Shown: positions 26,320 to 39,802, numbered from the whole stretch's first letter. The stretch: DNA of 63,984 nucleotides, filler included, from Octopus bimaculoides (GCF_001194135.2; 4 parts of 4 records of this genome joined end to end with filler, not necessarily neighbours in it), one strand, 5' to 3'. Translations and numbers: made by a program. The notes: generated from the sequence alone by a model not told the origin.

Positions 26320-26773
26320 ACAGGTATCTCAAGTCATTTAGAATATTTAATTAGCGTAAGGCAAAGTCTTACAGCTGTTTCTGGGATATCCCTAGTGACA
26401 GGCTAGCATATCAGTACTCTGAGTATTCCATCATCAGAGACAAGATGAGTATGTATGAATGAAAGTACTAGACAGGGAAATTCACAGTCTATAAGAAATA
26501 AAACAAATAATAAAATTGTAAATAGAAGAATTAAGAGTAAAACAGTAGACAGAAGAATACAGACAGGAGAATAAAGTTCACAGCTCATCTTCTTCCAGGG
26601 GGTATGGAGGTGGGTCTGTACTTCCGTGAAGGTATAGGCCCTTAGGTATAAACCCTGCTAAATCTAGGCAGTATTTTAAATGTGGCTTTCATGTTCACTT
26701 AGGATGTCCCAGAAACAGCTGTAAGACTTTGCCTTACCCTTATTAAATATTCTAAATGACTTGAGATGCCTGT
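26320..26773. mobile_element. Penelope-like pLTR remnant with 79-bp inverted arms
   Basis: 26320-26398 is the inverted counterpart of 26695-26773, and it carries a hammerhead motif. The Penelope assignment is inference. Confidence 0.65.
26366..26441 (-). ncRNA. Type I hammerhead ribozyme, apparently intact
   Basis: Minus strand GTCT-CTGATGA-TGGAATA..TATCCCA-GAAAC-AGCT-GTA^AGAC. Stem I has 4 bp, stem II 6/7 bp, and stem III is the palindrome ACAGCTGT. Confidence 0.8.
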
Positions 26774-26957
26774 CTTGCCTTGGATTTGTTGTCCTTTATC
26801 CTCTAATATAATATATACCTGTTAACTCGGAGGCCTACTATGGCTCCCTAGCTCCAGCCTCAGTCAGGAACTTGGAACCTATTATAGCACTTACTCAGCA
26901 TACCTATTCGTTTAGAGTACCAGTGAACTAAACCCCTCATATCCTTTATATATGTAT

Positions 26958-27487
26958 ATGACAGACTTCTTTCAGTTTCTGTCTACCAAATCGACTCACA
27001 AGGCTTTGGTCAGCCTGAGGCTACAGCAGAAGACACTTTCCCAAGGTGTCACGTAGCGAGACTGAACCCAGAACCATCTGGTTGTGAAGCAAGTTTCTTA
27101 CCACACAGCCACACCTGCAGCAGGCTTCTTTCAGTTTCCCTCTACAAATCCACTCACAAGGTTTTGGTCAGCCTGAGGCTACAGTAGACACTTAGCCAAG
27201 GTGCCATGCAAAGACACTTACCCAAGGTGCCATGCAAATTAACTGAACCCGGAACCATGTGGTTGGGAAGCAAGCTTCTTACCACATGGCCATGCCTGTA
27301 CCTATACACACACACACACACACACACACGATGGGCTTCTTTTAGTTTCCATCTGTCAAATTCACTCACAAAGCATTGGACAGTCCGAGACTATAGCAGA
27401 AATCACTCCTCCAAGATGCCACATGGTGAGACTGAACCCAAAACCACATGGTTGCAAAGCTAGCTCTTTAACCACCCAACCATGCCT
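26958..27487 (-). mobile_element. Head-to-tail array of three family A SINE 5' halves
   Basis: Units at about 26958-27117, 27120-27300 (with an internal duplication of CCAAGGTGCCATGCAAA) and 27328-27487. Confidence 0.85.
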
Positions 27488-28689
27488 TTACCATTATTGT
27501 CATTATTTCTGTTATTGCTGTCCTTACCATTGTAGTCGGCTTTGTTGCTGCTGCTGCTGTCATTATAATTATTGTCATCCTAGCACCTTGGAGTCTGTTG
27601 TTGTTGTTGTCGTCTCAAGCACCGTCAGACTAAAGCGAGTTACAATTGAATTATGTAACTGATTTCTTTTGTCTTTTGTTGCAAAGTGGTGGCAGGGGTT
27701 GGTGGCTGCGGCGGCGGCGGCGGCGGCTGGGAGGTGGGTGTTTGGGGGAGGAGGTGTGTGTATGTGTNNNNNNNNNNNNNNNNNNNNNNNNNNNNNNNNN
27801 NNNNNNNNNNNTTAATTAATTAANNNNNNNNNNNNNNNNNNNNNNNNNNNNNNNNNNNNNNNNNNNNTATATATATAAGCATACACATATAAATCTTGAG
27901 AGAAAAGAAGAAACAGACAGTTATATAGAAGACAGAGTTATAGAGATACTAAGACAAAGGAAAAAATATATAAAAAGAAAGAGAGAGAGTGAAACGGGGG
28001 CAATGGGAGGAGACAGAAAGCGAGATGATTGTAGAAAGAAATGAAATCACCAAAATGCTATAAAGCATACCAAGAATTAAAGAAAAAGACGCAACTAGAT
28101 TTAAATCATACAATCTGAAATGAGTAGAAAAACTAAAACAGTAAGACAGAGAGAGATATTGGAGGATAATTTGAAGGAAATATTCCTGGCATCATAATTG
28201 GAAGTTAAGTGTATTCAATGGATTAAAGAACATAAGCAAGGGACATTGCTTAATCTAGAAACAGACGTTATTAACAACGTCAACAACGTCAACGATGACG
28301 ACGACGAAGACGTCGGCGGCGGCGGCGGCGGCGGCGGTGGTGCTGGTGGTGGTGATGTTGGTGGTAATGGTGGTGGTGGTGATGGTACTGCTGCTGCTGC
28401 TACTGCTGGTGGCTGTAGTGTTTGTAATTGTTGAGATGGTGATTATGATAATAACGATATAGTAGTGGTTGTGCTTCTGATAATGTGGATATAAGTGGTA
28501 GGGGAAGGGTGGTGTGGTGGTAGTAGTGATGGTTGTAGTGGAGGTTGTTATGTTACCAGTGATAATGTCAAAATGAATAATATTTAAAACAAATGCTAAT
28601 AATTTATCTTGAAGCTTTTTTTTTTAATTTTTTAATACTTATTTGGAAAAAGAGTTCACTGAAGATGTCAATACTTACTACATTTACAG

Positions 28690-29270
28690 AACTTAAATCT
28701 GCTGTATGGAAGTCCAGCAAGTTCACAAAAGGAATGAAAAGGAGTGACATTGATATCAGTAAAATCAATTGTATGGAAGTCCAGAAAGTTTACAGAATGA
28801 CATCATTATCTGCTGCACTTGTATCAGTGAAAGCAATTCTATGGAAGTCCGGACTGTGCATAGAAAGTTCAGAAAATGACAACAATATCAGTGACATTTA
28901 TATCAGTTAAATCAATTTTATGGAAGTGTAGAAACTTCACAAAATGGCGACATAGCTGCTGCACTTATTTTAGTTAATTGCCGTTGCAAGTGTATGGAAG
29001 TCCAGATAGTTCATAAAATGTATCAACAGGAACAGCAATTGTATTAGTAAAAGCAATTGTAAGGAAGACGGAAAGGTTTACAGGATGTATCAAATAGATA
29101 ATATGATTACTCAAATCAACTGTATAGAGGTCTAGAAAATTTATGAAACGATATCAGTATAAGCCCAAAGTATTTGTATGAAACCCCATAAATTCACAAA
29201 ATTTAAAACTTATCAAATGGAACACTTGTATGGAAGTCCATAAAGTACACAGTAGGATACCAACAGCTGC
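28690..29270. repeat. Degenerate tandem repeat, about 9 units of roughly 55-80 bp
   Basis: The anchor GTATGGAAGTCCAG.AAGTT.ACA.AATG recurs at about 28704, 28771, 28841, 28919, 28992, 29060, 29122, 29175 and 29228. Confidence 0.8.
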
Positions 29271-30289
29271 TACACTTGCATGACTTGTAGTAACAATATG
29301 AAAATAACAAGAACTTTGACAACTATTTGGAATTTTTAGCATGCATTCACTATTCCCTCATTTAAAAACCCTCACTTGGCCCTTGCTTGCCTTTAGCCAT
29401 TGGGACCACTTTAAAGTGAATAATTTGGGCAAGTTTCCGGTTAATCCTTCTTCCCATTAGCCCTGAGAAGAGCCAGCAAACTTTCGCCTAAATATTCCTT
29501 GTTCTAAGCCATGCAAATTAAAGAATAAAAACATTATTTCATGAAGGATTCGCTATGCTTTCGCTCTACTTGCTAAAAATATTAACCAAACCTTTGTGTC
29601 ATAGAAAAGGAAAGAATATGTTAGTTAAGGTGAGAAAAATACAAGACAATTATGACTAGAATACCATTGGTCATTGGGATTAAACAGCAAATCTTTACTT
29701 ACGTTAACCACGTATTATCCATTGTGTCTTTCCTTTCCTTAAATTAATAGAGTGAAATTTGACTGCTATTTTCAGCCCAACGAGAAACCATGTGTTTGAG
29801 TGTGCGTATGAGTAATGTGTGTTGTGGAGTTGCATGTGTACATGAGTGTTCATGCTGAGGTAACATATATTATGACGTTACTAAAACTTAAAAGAAAAAA
29901 AAAGTTCAAATTTAATTGTATTTAGCTGATTTTCATTGGTTGTTGATTAATATAAGCTAACAGCAATGATGGTTATTGTTGTTTTTATTCCAAATTCAAG
30001 CTCAGCGTTGAAGGAGCAGACCACAAAAGCATTCCAGCAACCACTATTTCATCTTTATTCAGGCAAGCTGTATCTAGGACTACAACAGACAATGCATTTA
30101 TCTACGATTTTAAGATGGTAAGTGAACCTTGAGGTGGGATTTTGGCTGCTATTTATGAAAGGTCGAATGATAATAGACACAACTTCAATAGTTCAATGCA
30201 TTGATGATAGGTGGAGTCCGCGAATAAATTTGTAAATAGTCGTCTTCATTGCTTTGTAGCAGCCGAATCTCTCTTAGCAATTTCTCTAC

Positions 30290-30482
30290 AAGCATTGAAA
30301 CCTGCAATGAATCCGGCCATATCCGGCCTAAATATTCTTCCTGTTTTATGTTTAAACTGATCAGATTCAGCGTCTCACACCTACATACAATGTCATTCTA
30401 AAAGTAAACAACTACATCATTGAAATTTTGAACTCACGAGATAATGCGTGATTAATTCAAAACATTAATGCTGACGGGTTAA
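30290..30482. mobile_element. Possible piggyBac-like MITE remnant
   Basis: Ends in GGG-TTAA. The body CCGGCCATATCCGGCC.AAATATTCT resembles an octopus MITE recalled from memory, and related sequence appears near 29480. The left end was not recognised. Confidence 0.35.
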
Positions 30483-32631
30483 AGATAGAGTGCATATATT
30501 TTTGGATACGTATTTAAGCTATCAGGCCTAACAACATGTGTGATTATAGTTTTGCGGAGTAAACACATGATCTGTGAGGTTAGATTTCTCCGTGATTGAT
30601 TTGTTGAAACATAAAAGATGAGATTATTTAACCATGAGAAACATTTACATCTATCTTATGTATTTAATAAATTCATGTAATTTATGAAATCAGTGACGAT
30701 TAAAATCTTTTAGTATACTCTTAATTAAATTTCAGTATGAAAAATAAACAATGATGACTGTTCAGTAATTTACATAACAGAACTAACAGCTAAAAATGTA
30801 TCAAACATACAAATCAGTCTACCTGATTTAATTGTAAATGTAACAACAGTAGCTAGTATAAACACAGTTTTGCTGTGCCAGTAAAATGTAGAGTAACCAA
30901 CTGCTAATGAAACTATAGAAATGACTGAAACAGCGTTGTTCAATCGATCCCTCAATTAATGTCAACGGTGAGATTGTATAAACATGGCAGACACTTACGC
31001 CTGCCTTATTATCTAGTGAGTCTATTCAATTCGTGAAAGAAGTGATTTCAAGAACCTTTTGGTATATTTCATAATTAACTTCAATATATTTCTTTTCTGC
31101 CCCACTAAATTATTCGTCTATATTTATTGTTTATATGTTTTTTTCTAATCTAAGCATTATATAGTCCAGGGATGTGGGGTATTTGAACTAACGAAGAGAA
31201 CTGCGAGCTCAACAACTTTTAGGGATGAAAATACACTACGACGTTTATCTTTATCTTCTATCATAAACTTCGTTATGTGTTTATATATACTCTAGAAGCA
31301 TGAATAACCTGAGATTATTGAAAGAAGTGAAGGTCAAAGTTATACGACTGGAAACAGATACTTTACGAAAAATGTAATAAAAGGTTTGCTTAATTAAGCA
31401 CGAAACTGTATATAGCGTAAAAACTACCAATGATGTATCATTCCAGCTATGTACACAAAATAATCTCAATGAAGTATCATCTAAGTTATGTTAAATAATA
31501 TATGATGCGCTGTACAATGTTATAATGTATAAGTGCAATGTTTGAAATGTGTATTATATTGTTTATAGCAAGTATATATATTTAGTACATGAAACTCATA
31601 TATTAACCCTAAGAAATATATACAGCAAAAGTATATCAAAATTTCTATATTGAGTTGTATGTACACACACACACACACACACACACACATTCACACACAT
31701 TCACACACATGCGTATGTGAGTGTTTGTGTTTAATTGTTTGAGACAGCACAACCATTTAAAATGAAAACATTGTCGTGTCTATGAAGTAGCTTAGTCTTT
31801 CCCTGAAACATACATTAATAAAATCAGTACTAGACTGAAATAATTACTGGAATTGATATGAACGACTAAAAAGCTTTGAAGTCGGCACCACATCATGGAA
31901 ATAAGAAAATGCTACAAAGATGCTAATAAATATCTAATGTAAACTTCACTTCTAAGTATCAAATTCATGAAATGCATCGTATTTTCTGGCGTATGACAGG
32001 TGCCCTAGCATAAGGCGTACCCCTATTTTACAAGTATATTTTATGGAAAAAAAAATTAGTATGTTTTATCATGCGCTTATTGAAATATATCTAATGTAGT
32101 TTTATAGGGAGAAATGTATGATTCTGTGCAAATAAATACAGTAGTATGCCAATATAAAGTATGAAGCCACAAACTTATTTGAGATATGCTACGTTATCGC
32201 ATCTGAACTTTATTTACTTTCAAATCAACTGCATAGTTGTTTATGTTTTGGTCAAGAGAATTGCCATACAGGATATAAAACTTTGGCTATGATGTTTTTT
32301 TATAACCGCTGTTAGCCACCAGGATGACCCACCATCACTTTGGTTTTGTTGTCATACATTCGTTGCAAATAGCTGACAGGCAGATAAAAGTTTATTAACA
32401 TTCCTTTCATCTTTCTAGAATTTTTCATTTAGATCATTTAAAAAAATATGCTTCTTAAAGGTAACAGATTCGTTAAATAATGTAAGACACATATCAGACA
32501 TGGGAAGGAGGTGTAATGAGATGATGAGATGATGTGACTTCCCCACATAACTGCCGACCTTTCACGAGCAAAGTTTTCATAAGTTTGTGCTAACAGTCTG
32601 TGATATTTTGACTTGTTTTCAATATTTCGAT

Positions 32632-32778
32632 AGGCGCAAGCGTGGCTGTGTGATAAGAGGATTGATTCCCAATCCCATAGTTCCGGGTTCAACTTCACTG
32701 TTTTCTACTATTGCCTCGGGCTAACCAAAGCCTTGTGACTGGATTTGGTAGACGGAAACTGAAAGAAGCCTGTTGAGT
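32632..32778 (+). mobile_element. Family A SINE 5' part with the CORE segment deleted
   Basis: AGGCGCAAGCGTGGCTGTGTG..GGGTTCAACTTCACTG joins directly to TTTTCTACTAT; runs into a gap. Confidence 0.8.
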
Positions 32779-33506
32779 NNNNNNNNNNNNNNNNNNNNNN
32801 NNNNNNNNNNNNNNNNNNNNNNNNNNNNNNNNNNNNNNNNNNNNNNNNNNNNNNNNNNNNNNNNNNNNNNNNNNNNNNNNNNNNNNNNNNNNNNNNNNNN
32901 NNNNNNNNNNNNNNNNNNNNNNNNNNNNNNNNNNNNNNNNNNNNNNNNNNNNNNNNNNNNNNNNNNNNNNNNNNNNNNNNNNNNNNNNNNNNNNNNNNNN
33001 NNNNNNNNNNNNNNNNNNNNNNNNNNNNNNNNNNNNNNNNNNNNNNNNNNNNNNNNNNNNNNNNNNNNNNNNNNNNNNNNNNNNNNNNNNNNNNNNNNNN
33101 NNNNNNNNNNNNNNNNNNNNNNNNNNNNNNNNNNNNNNNNNNNNNNNNNNNNNNNNNNNNNNNNNNNNNNNNNNNNNNNNNNNNNNNNNNNNNNNNNNNN
33201 NNNNNNNNNNNNNNNNNNNNNNNNNNNNNNNNNNNNNNNNNNNNNNNNNNNNNNNNNNNNNNNNNNNNNNNNNNNNNNNNNNNNNNNNNNNNNNNNNNNN
33301 NNNNNNNNNNNNNNNNNNNNNNNNNNNNNNNNNNNNNNNNNNNNNNNNNNNNNNNNNNNNNNNNNNNNNNNNNNNNNNNNNNNNNNNNNNNNNNNNNNNN
33401 NNNNNNNNNNNNNNNNNNNNNNNNNNNNNNNNNNNNNNNNNNNNNNNNNNNNNNNNNNNNNNNNNNNNNNNNNNNNNNNNNNNNNNNNNNNNNNNNNNNN
33501 NNNNNN

Positions 33507-33560
<54 letters not shown>

Positions 33561-34019
33561 GGAGAGAGAGACGGAGAGAGAGAGAGAGAAAGATCTGATT
33601 GATGTTTCTAAAAGTTTGAGTGTCTAGAGCTTCCTTTGTATACAAAACACATGCAGTAGATTTTAACATAAGACCTATCAGCATTCCAAATTAACACACA
33701 ATGCAAACTATATCTCGTGTAATGGATATTGAACAAAATGTATGAATGAATCAGATTGGGAAAATCCACAATCAAAGGTAATCTGATCAGGATCATCCTA
33801 TTCTATTCGAGATTACGTTAACTAATTTAACGTTTCAATATTTTATTTTCTCAGAAATGGATTATGGCTTGAGAGAGATTTGACTGATGCCTCTCGCTCC
33901 TTTAAGTAAAACAGTGACTTCAAATATATCAACAAAAGGCGTACTGTGTATTCGAGCTAAATGACCCAAACGTATTTCAACATGTAGATTCTCCAAGATT
34001 TTAAGATATTATTTACGCC

Positions 34020-34185
34020 ATCACAGAGTAATGGGTTCGATTCTTGACCAGAGGGGACATTTTGTCCTTGAGAAAGACATTTCACACTACCCCAGCAAAT
34101 TACTGATGCAGTCCTCCTGCTGTTACATCTGGGATATTGCGCTGGTCGAAAGGTTTGTATCAGCTTGCAAGGCTGATACAAATAA
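34020..34185 (+). mobile_element. Diverged tRNA/CORE-like SINE fragment ending in an 11-bp hairpin
   Basis: B-box GGTTCGATTC, CORE-like GTCCTTGAGAAAGACATTT, and TTTGTATCAGC/GCTGATACAAA at 34154-34182. Confidence 0.5.
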
Positions 34186-34545
34186 GTTAGGTGTTAACAA
34201 GGAATATGAATGTAATAGAAAGAACCAATTCTCAGCAAAAACAACAGTGAATCTATAGCGGTCAATAAAAAGAACGTTTGGTAAAGGATTAATGAAATGA
34301 CGAGAAAAATGACTGTAAATCATTGATTTTATATCACATTTAATGAAAAATATCGTCGTTGATCATAGGTTTCCAGCAACCCAGTCACTAATTCGCTGTG
34401 GCAAGGGAGTGTCTGATACACAGTAGAATAAATGATACAGGAGTTTTAAAACGTGATACCGGCTGTTTTGTTTCCACTCTGACGTTTACATCTTTCACCG
34501 ATGTATATACGTATACACACACACACACACACATACACACACACA

Positions 34546-34596
<51 letters not shown>

Positions 34597-34675
34597 CATA
34601 TTTAAGTGTGTAGATAGATATACATATATTCGCACCGAAAGCATATATACATACATACATACGTACATACATACA

Positions 34676-34707
<32 letters not shown>

Positions 34708-34733
34708 CACATACATACATATAAAACTGAGGA

Positions 34734-34833
<100 letters not shown>

Positions 34834-35376
34834 TGTAATTTTCCCCAAACTGGGAACATACAATACTTATGTTCCAGAGAGGGTTTTAGACTCTTCAAAT
34901 TTTTCACATAATGACTAATGGGATCCCTGGAGGCAGTAAACCCCCTTTCCTGGGGTACATATGACTGCCCACATGGTCCATGCATTGCTTCTGTTCGAAT
35001 TGTAAAAACAAAACAGCTACTGAAATGATATAAGTAGGTTGTATTAAATGGCTGAACCGATGTAGACTTCAAACTGTGTTGTCTCAGTGGTAGCAATAAT
35101 AGCCTGCCACCGCAGTACCTTAAATAGAAATTTGTTGGAATAAAAACCGTTTGGAACACACTATATTTATTATGAAAAAAATATGCTATAACATGTTAAA
35201 TCCTGAGCAACTATTCAACTGTTTTCTTTTAGCTTCAGTATCAACGTCTTCCTTCTAAGCATAGACGAAATCCATACAGATATGCTTCAGCTATTGATTA
35301 CAAACCGAAATATTGTATATACATTAACCTACTAATTTATGGTGTCTTAGACTCAACTACGTTCGTTAGAGACTGT

Positions 35377-35695
35377 GTCCTTAATGCGATCTTGCGTGCC
35401 CAGACGCTGCATGCAGAATTGTTTTCGTTTGGAAGCTGAGTTGTCCTCACAAGGGTCGCACGGTGTTTACGCGAAGGAGTGTACGGTTGAGCCACGACTA
35501 TCGATTCCCAACCATGTCAGCAACCCAATGTCACTTGACCCAACGACATTTGTCAGAAAGCGCATCCTTAATGTGACTTTGCATACCCCGACGCTGCATG
35601 CAGAATTGTTTTCGCTTGTGAGTTGTGAGTTGTCCTCACACTGGTCGCACGCTGTTTATGCGAAGGATTGCACAGTTGGGCCACGACTATTGATT
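35377..35695. repeat. CpG-containing direct repeat, two copies of about 130 bp, period about 187
   Basis: TCCTTAATG..GACGCTGCATGCAGAATTGTTTTCG..GAGTTGTCCTCACA.GGTCGCACG..GCCACGACTAT at about 35377 and 35564. Confidence 0.85.
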
Positions 35696-36103
35696 TAAAA
35701 CTGAAATATCATATGACAATGCTGTTTTCAAGCGCTTCCGCGCCACTACCATCACTTATCACGTCATTTATTTTATGTAGATTTCTGCCATGTGATGCTG
35801 TTGAGCGCGCTCGCAGCTTTAATTTATCACATAGGTGTAGTTCCTATGTCTGCTGATTGTTCAACATGGTAGCAGCAGCAGCGACTGCTGCAAAGGAGAG
35901 TATATCCACTGATAGCTTTTAGGTGCGTTCAAAAATCACATATCTCCACCACCACCACTTTTCCATGACAAGGAATCTTCCAAAAAGACGCATGACATGT
36001 CACTTAGTCGAATTAGCTCTTCATTTTCTCCACAAATGTTTTGTTGTCAATGCTGCGCATGTTTTAACTTAACTGTACCATATATACAAATTATCCCATT
36101 TAG

Positions 36104-36133
36104 ACCCCGAGCAACGCCGGGTATGTCTGCTAG
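36104..36133 (+). mobile_element. Helitron-like 3' terminus
   Basis: GC hairpin ACCCCG-AGCAACG-CCGGGT followed 7 nt later by CTAG and a host T, which is the standard Helitron 3' signature. The 5' end was not found. Confidence 0.6.
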
Positions 36134-36178
36134 TATATTATATAAAACAGCTTGACTTAATATTGAGCATGTATGCAT

Positions 36179-36235
<57 letters not shown>

Positions 36236-37964
36236 TACACATACATATATACACACACATACATATATACACACACACATATATATTACAGTAGTATCAG
36301 TGCCAAGCAGATTTTAGGCATGTGTGTGTGTATGTGTGTGTGTGTGCATCAACAAAGGCGTGATATATGCCAGCAAGTCGTCTCTGGAAAGACAAATCTC
36401 AACATGGTAGGATTTGAAATCATAAAACAGTTAATTGGAACAAACATCGCAATGCATTGAATCAGATGTTATAATGATTCTGTCTATTCCTTCTACAGAC
36501 ACGCATGTATGTATATATGCATGTAGATATATTTGCATACTTGCGTGGTTGCATACATGCTGACACGCATGTTTGCTTGGATGTGTGACAGTATGTTTGT
36601 GTGAATGTGTATGCATGTAAGACCACAGTTTTTGTCTTCCAAATTTCTTCCCAAGGCACAGATGAATTTGAGGCTTTAGTAGAGGACACTAACCTGCCAC
36701 CACTGGTTGCGAAGGAAACGTCTTAACTACACAGCCATAGTGGCTGAGATACGGGAAAAATTATGCTGGTTCACTGCTACAGCAGTGACTCACACAGTTA
36801 ATTAGGTTGTGCGGAAATACCAGCAGGAAATTTGAACTCCTGACATTTGGGTATTACACCTTTACAAAGAGAAATACAGGTAGGTAAAAGAATAAAACGG
36901 TAAATAAATTTTAAAAAATCATTATACTATATTAATTTCTCTAAAATACTTAGAAATGTCATGTAGTGTCAAACTTTAAGCTAAAATTTCAAAATTCATC
37001 AACAAACTTAAGGGTCTGTTTAAATTTGGCTTGATATGATGGTAACATGATGAAAATAGAATGGTTTTAAAAATAAATATCAACCTCGCTGGTTACAAAA
37101 ATTTAAGATATTGGGAAAATATTCAAGCAGAAAAAATATTGAATAATTGAAAAAAATTTTTCAAGAGGCAAAATAGCAAATAAAATAAGTAACATTAAAG
37201 TTCGCGGTTGTAAAAGAATTTAATTAAGAATTACTTGAAAATATAAGTTTGTAGAAATATTCTACAGAAAACAAAACTTATAATTCAATTTTTGAATTTA
37301 ACAGAAAACGTGATTTAAGCGAAATTAATTAAAGCTTTGCAATAATTTATTTAAAGAATATATACATACATACACACACAAAACACACACACACGTGTGT
37401 GTATTTGTGATAGTCTCTTATTACAGAGATATAACAATAACAAATTTGCTTATTCCCCTGCCATGGCCCCTTAGTTCACTTTCTAGCCTTGACTTTGTTT
37501 CAGTTCTTTTAAGACAAATGTAGAATAGAATTTTGTTAAAGATCTCAACAACAATGACTCCGCCCTTGTGCATTCGTCTAGAATATATTTTTAACTGGAT
37601 AGCTGACCTTAAGTTCAGCCACTCTCCGGTGAGATTGTTGTCAACTGCATGCATGTAAGAATCCCATTTTGGTCTCCAGGTGTTGCCGTGTGTGTTTGGA
37701 AAAACTGGTTTTGAAAATGTAGTACAACCTAAAGACAATGCAGATTAGATCACCATCACCTTTGATCTCTCTAGTAGTTTTCGGATTTTACATTTCACTG
37801 TTTGATTGGCAATTCAACTTTTTTCAAAATGCATGCTGTTGTTCCAAGTTACAGATAGCTTATATTTTGTGCCAGATGTCCTGAGTTAACAGTGCTAATG
37901 ATCAAGTTTAAGGTTGTCTCTTGTAATTTCAGGAACACTTTTTGGGTTTTACTGAGGTCACTTG

Positions 37965-38608
37965 CGGAGATTGCGGCTCGTTAATTTTTGTTGTTGTCAC
38001 TTAATGCATGCGGAACCCATGCTCCATATAGAAATGTGGAAGCATTCCATTTTCTCTGACAGTTCCCTTGTCGTTTGACGAGAATTTTCGTGCAAAAGTT
38101 GGTTTAATCACTCTTCATCGAACTCAACTGGACGGCCAGAACGAGGTGTGTCTTTGAGGTCAAACTTTCCATTTTTGAACTCGGAATACCAATCACGAGC
38201 GGTTCTTTCAGCTATNNNNNNNNNNNNNNNNNNNNNNNNNNNNNNNNNNNNNNNNNNNNNNNNNNNNNNNNNNNNNNNNNNNNNNNNNNNNNNNNNNNNN
38301 NNNNNNNNNNNNNNNNNNNNNNNNNNNNNNNNNNNNNNNNNNNNNNNNNNNNNNNNNNNNNNNNNNNNNNNNNNNNNNNNNNNNNNNNNNNNNNNNNNNN
38401 NNNNNNNNNNNNNNNNNNNNNNNNNNNNNNNNNNNNNNNNNNNNNNNNNNNNNNNNNNNNNNNNNNNAAAACTTAACTAGAAGAAAAAAAGCAAAATAGA
38501 GTCCAAAATGAATCAAAAATAGAATTCTCGAAAACATAGATTCCAAAATTTAAAAACGCAATAAATTCCAAAATTTAAAAAACAGCGGAAACTTAGTTGC
38601 CAACCCAA
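37965..38608 (-). mobile_element. Decayed mariner transposon, 5' part (interrupted by a gap)
   Basis: Minus strand IAERTARDWYSEFKNGKFDLKDTPRSGRPVEFDEE*LNQLLHENSRQTTRELSEKM..YGAWVPHALSDNNKN, with the WVPHAL motif at 38002-38019. A mariner-type TIR TTGGGTTGGCAACTAAGTTTCCGCTG ends at 38608, next to TA. Confidence 0.88.
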
Positions 38609-39634
38609 TATATATATATTACAACTTATTCCTTTACTATCAACAAATCCTTCTCATTTCCATTAAATTGCTTCATAGTCTTGTTATGATGGCGGTCGCT
38701 GTTACTGTTTAGTTCAAGGTCAGCCTTCATGACCAAACCTTTTATGACAGGCATACCATGCATAATCATCCCATTCTTTAAAAATATCTAGGAACTCTAT
38801 AAAACAGAAGAATGTGATTTGAGGGAAATTTGGAAGGAGATTTGATGAGTATTTTTGCCTCAGTAAAATGGGTCTTCTTTTTTATTTACTAGTTCCAGAC
38901 TGAGAGCTTTCGTTTGTTGGCACACTTTTCATTTATAATTATTGCAGTTCAATCTTTCAAATGCTCATATACATTGATGATTATTTCTTGATCTACATCA
39001 TTTCGCTTTTAAAGATTTGAATTATTTACTAAACTTTCGTCGGGACTTGTAATCTTGTGTCAGTTATTTCCCTTTCATAGACAAAGAAAAGAGCTTTTGA
39101 AATAAAGACACAAAGTAACAAATCTAGAAGAAGGTGAATGGATAGCATTCATAGTACTTAATAGTGCTTTATATTGCCAACCCGAGAAAAATAAAAACTA
39201 AATACAACGGTTTAAGTTCATAACTTGAAAGGACATATCTAAATACTGCACAGTATTTTGTCCTTTGTTGATATGCCTAGATGACACACCTAACATATCA
39301 TCTGGGTTAACATCAGATTTTGACTGTGTTACTATACAGTAGTAGAGAAATAGTACGTTGGAGTGGAAGTTACATAGATCTGGATCTTAACAGATTCTTA
39401 TACTACAGTTTAAAAAATGCTTTTGTTGTAACAATATGCTTATCTATGATATGCTCTTAGATGATATGTCTAACATATCGTCTGGGTTAACATAAGAACC
39501 TAATCCTTGTGTGGCCTTTTGCAGATTTCAAACCAAACTAGCCATTTCGAATGGCCTTTCGATACCCTCAACGCCTATATTTTTATTTATGTTATTTACA
39601 TTTGACGGATATTTGTCCTCATCTTGTTTGTTGT

Positions 39635-39678
39635 TAACAACGTTTCATGTGATATACTCTCCAACTTTCATCAGGTGT
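39635..39678 (-). ncRNA. Degenerate hammerhead motif in a Penelope-like 3' repeat
   Basis: ACAC-CTGATGA-AAGTTG..CACAT-GAAACGTT-GTTA with palindromic AACGTT; stems I and II are partly mismatched. The flanking sequence CCGTCAAATGTAAATAA recurs inverted at about 41273. Confidence 0.5.
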
Positions 39679-39726
39679 CTTGGGGAAATTTCGAACCTGG
39701 GTTCTCATTCCTAAGGTATTTTTCGA

Positions 39727-39801
<75 letters not shown>

Positions 39802-39802
39802 C

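Noticed and set aside
28690-29270. CRISPR-like appearance of regularly spaced motifs
   Set aside because: The context is eukaryotic, the repeats are degenerate, the spacers are homologous to each other, and there are no cas genes.
30770-30955. Hydrophobic 61-aa minus-strand ORF
   Set aside because: It has no convincing splice sites or recognisable family.
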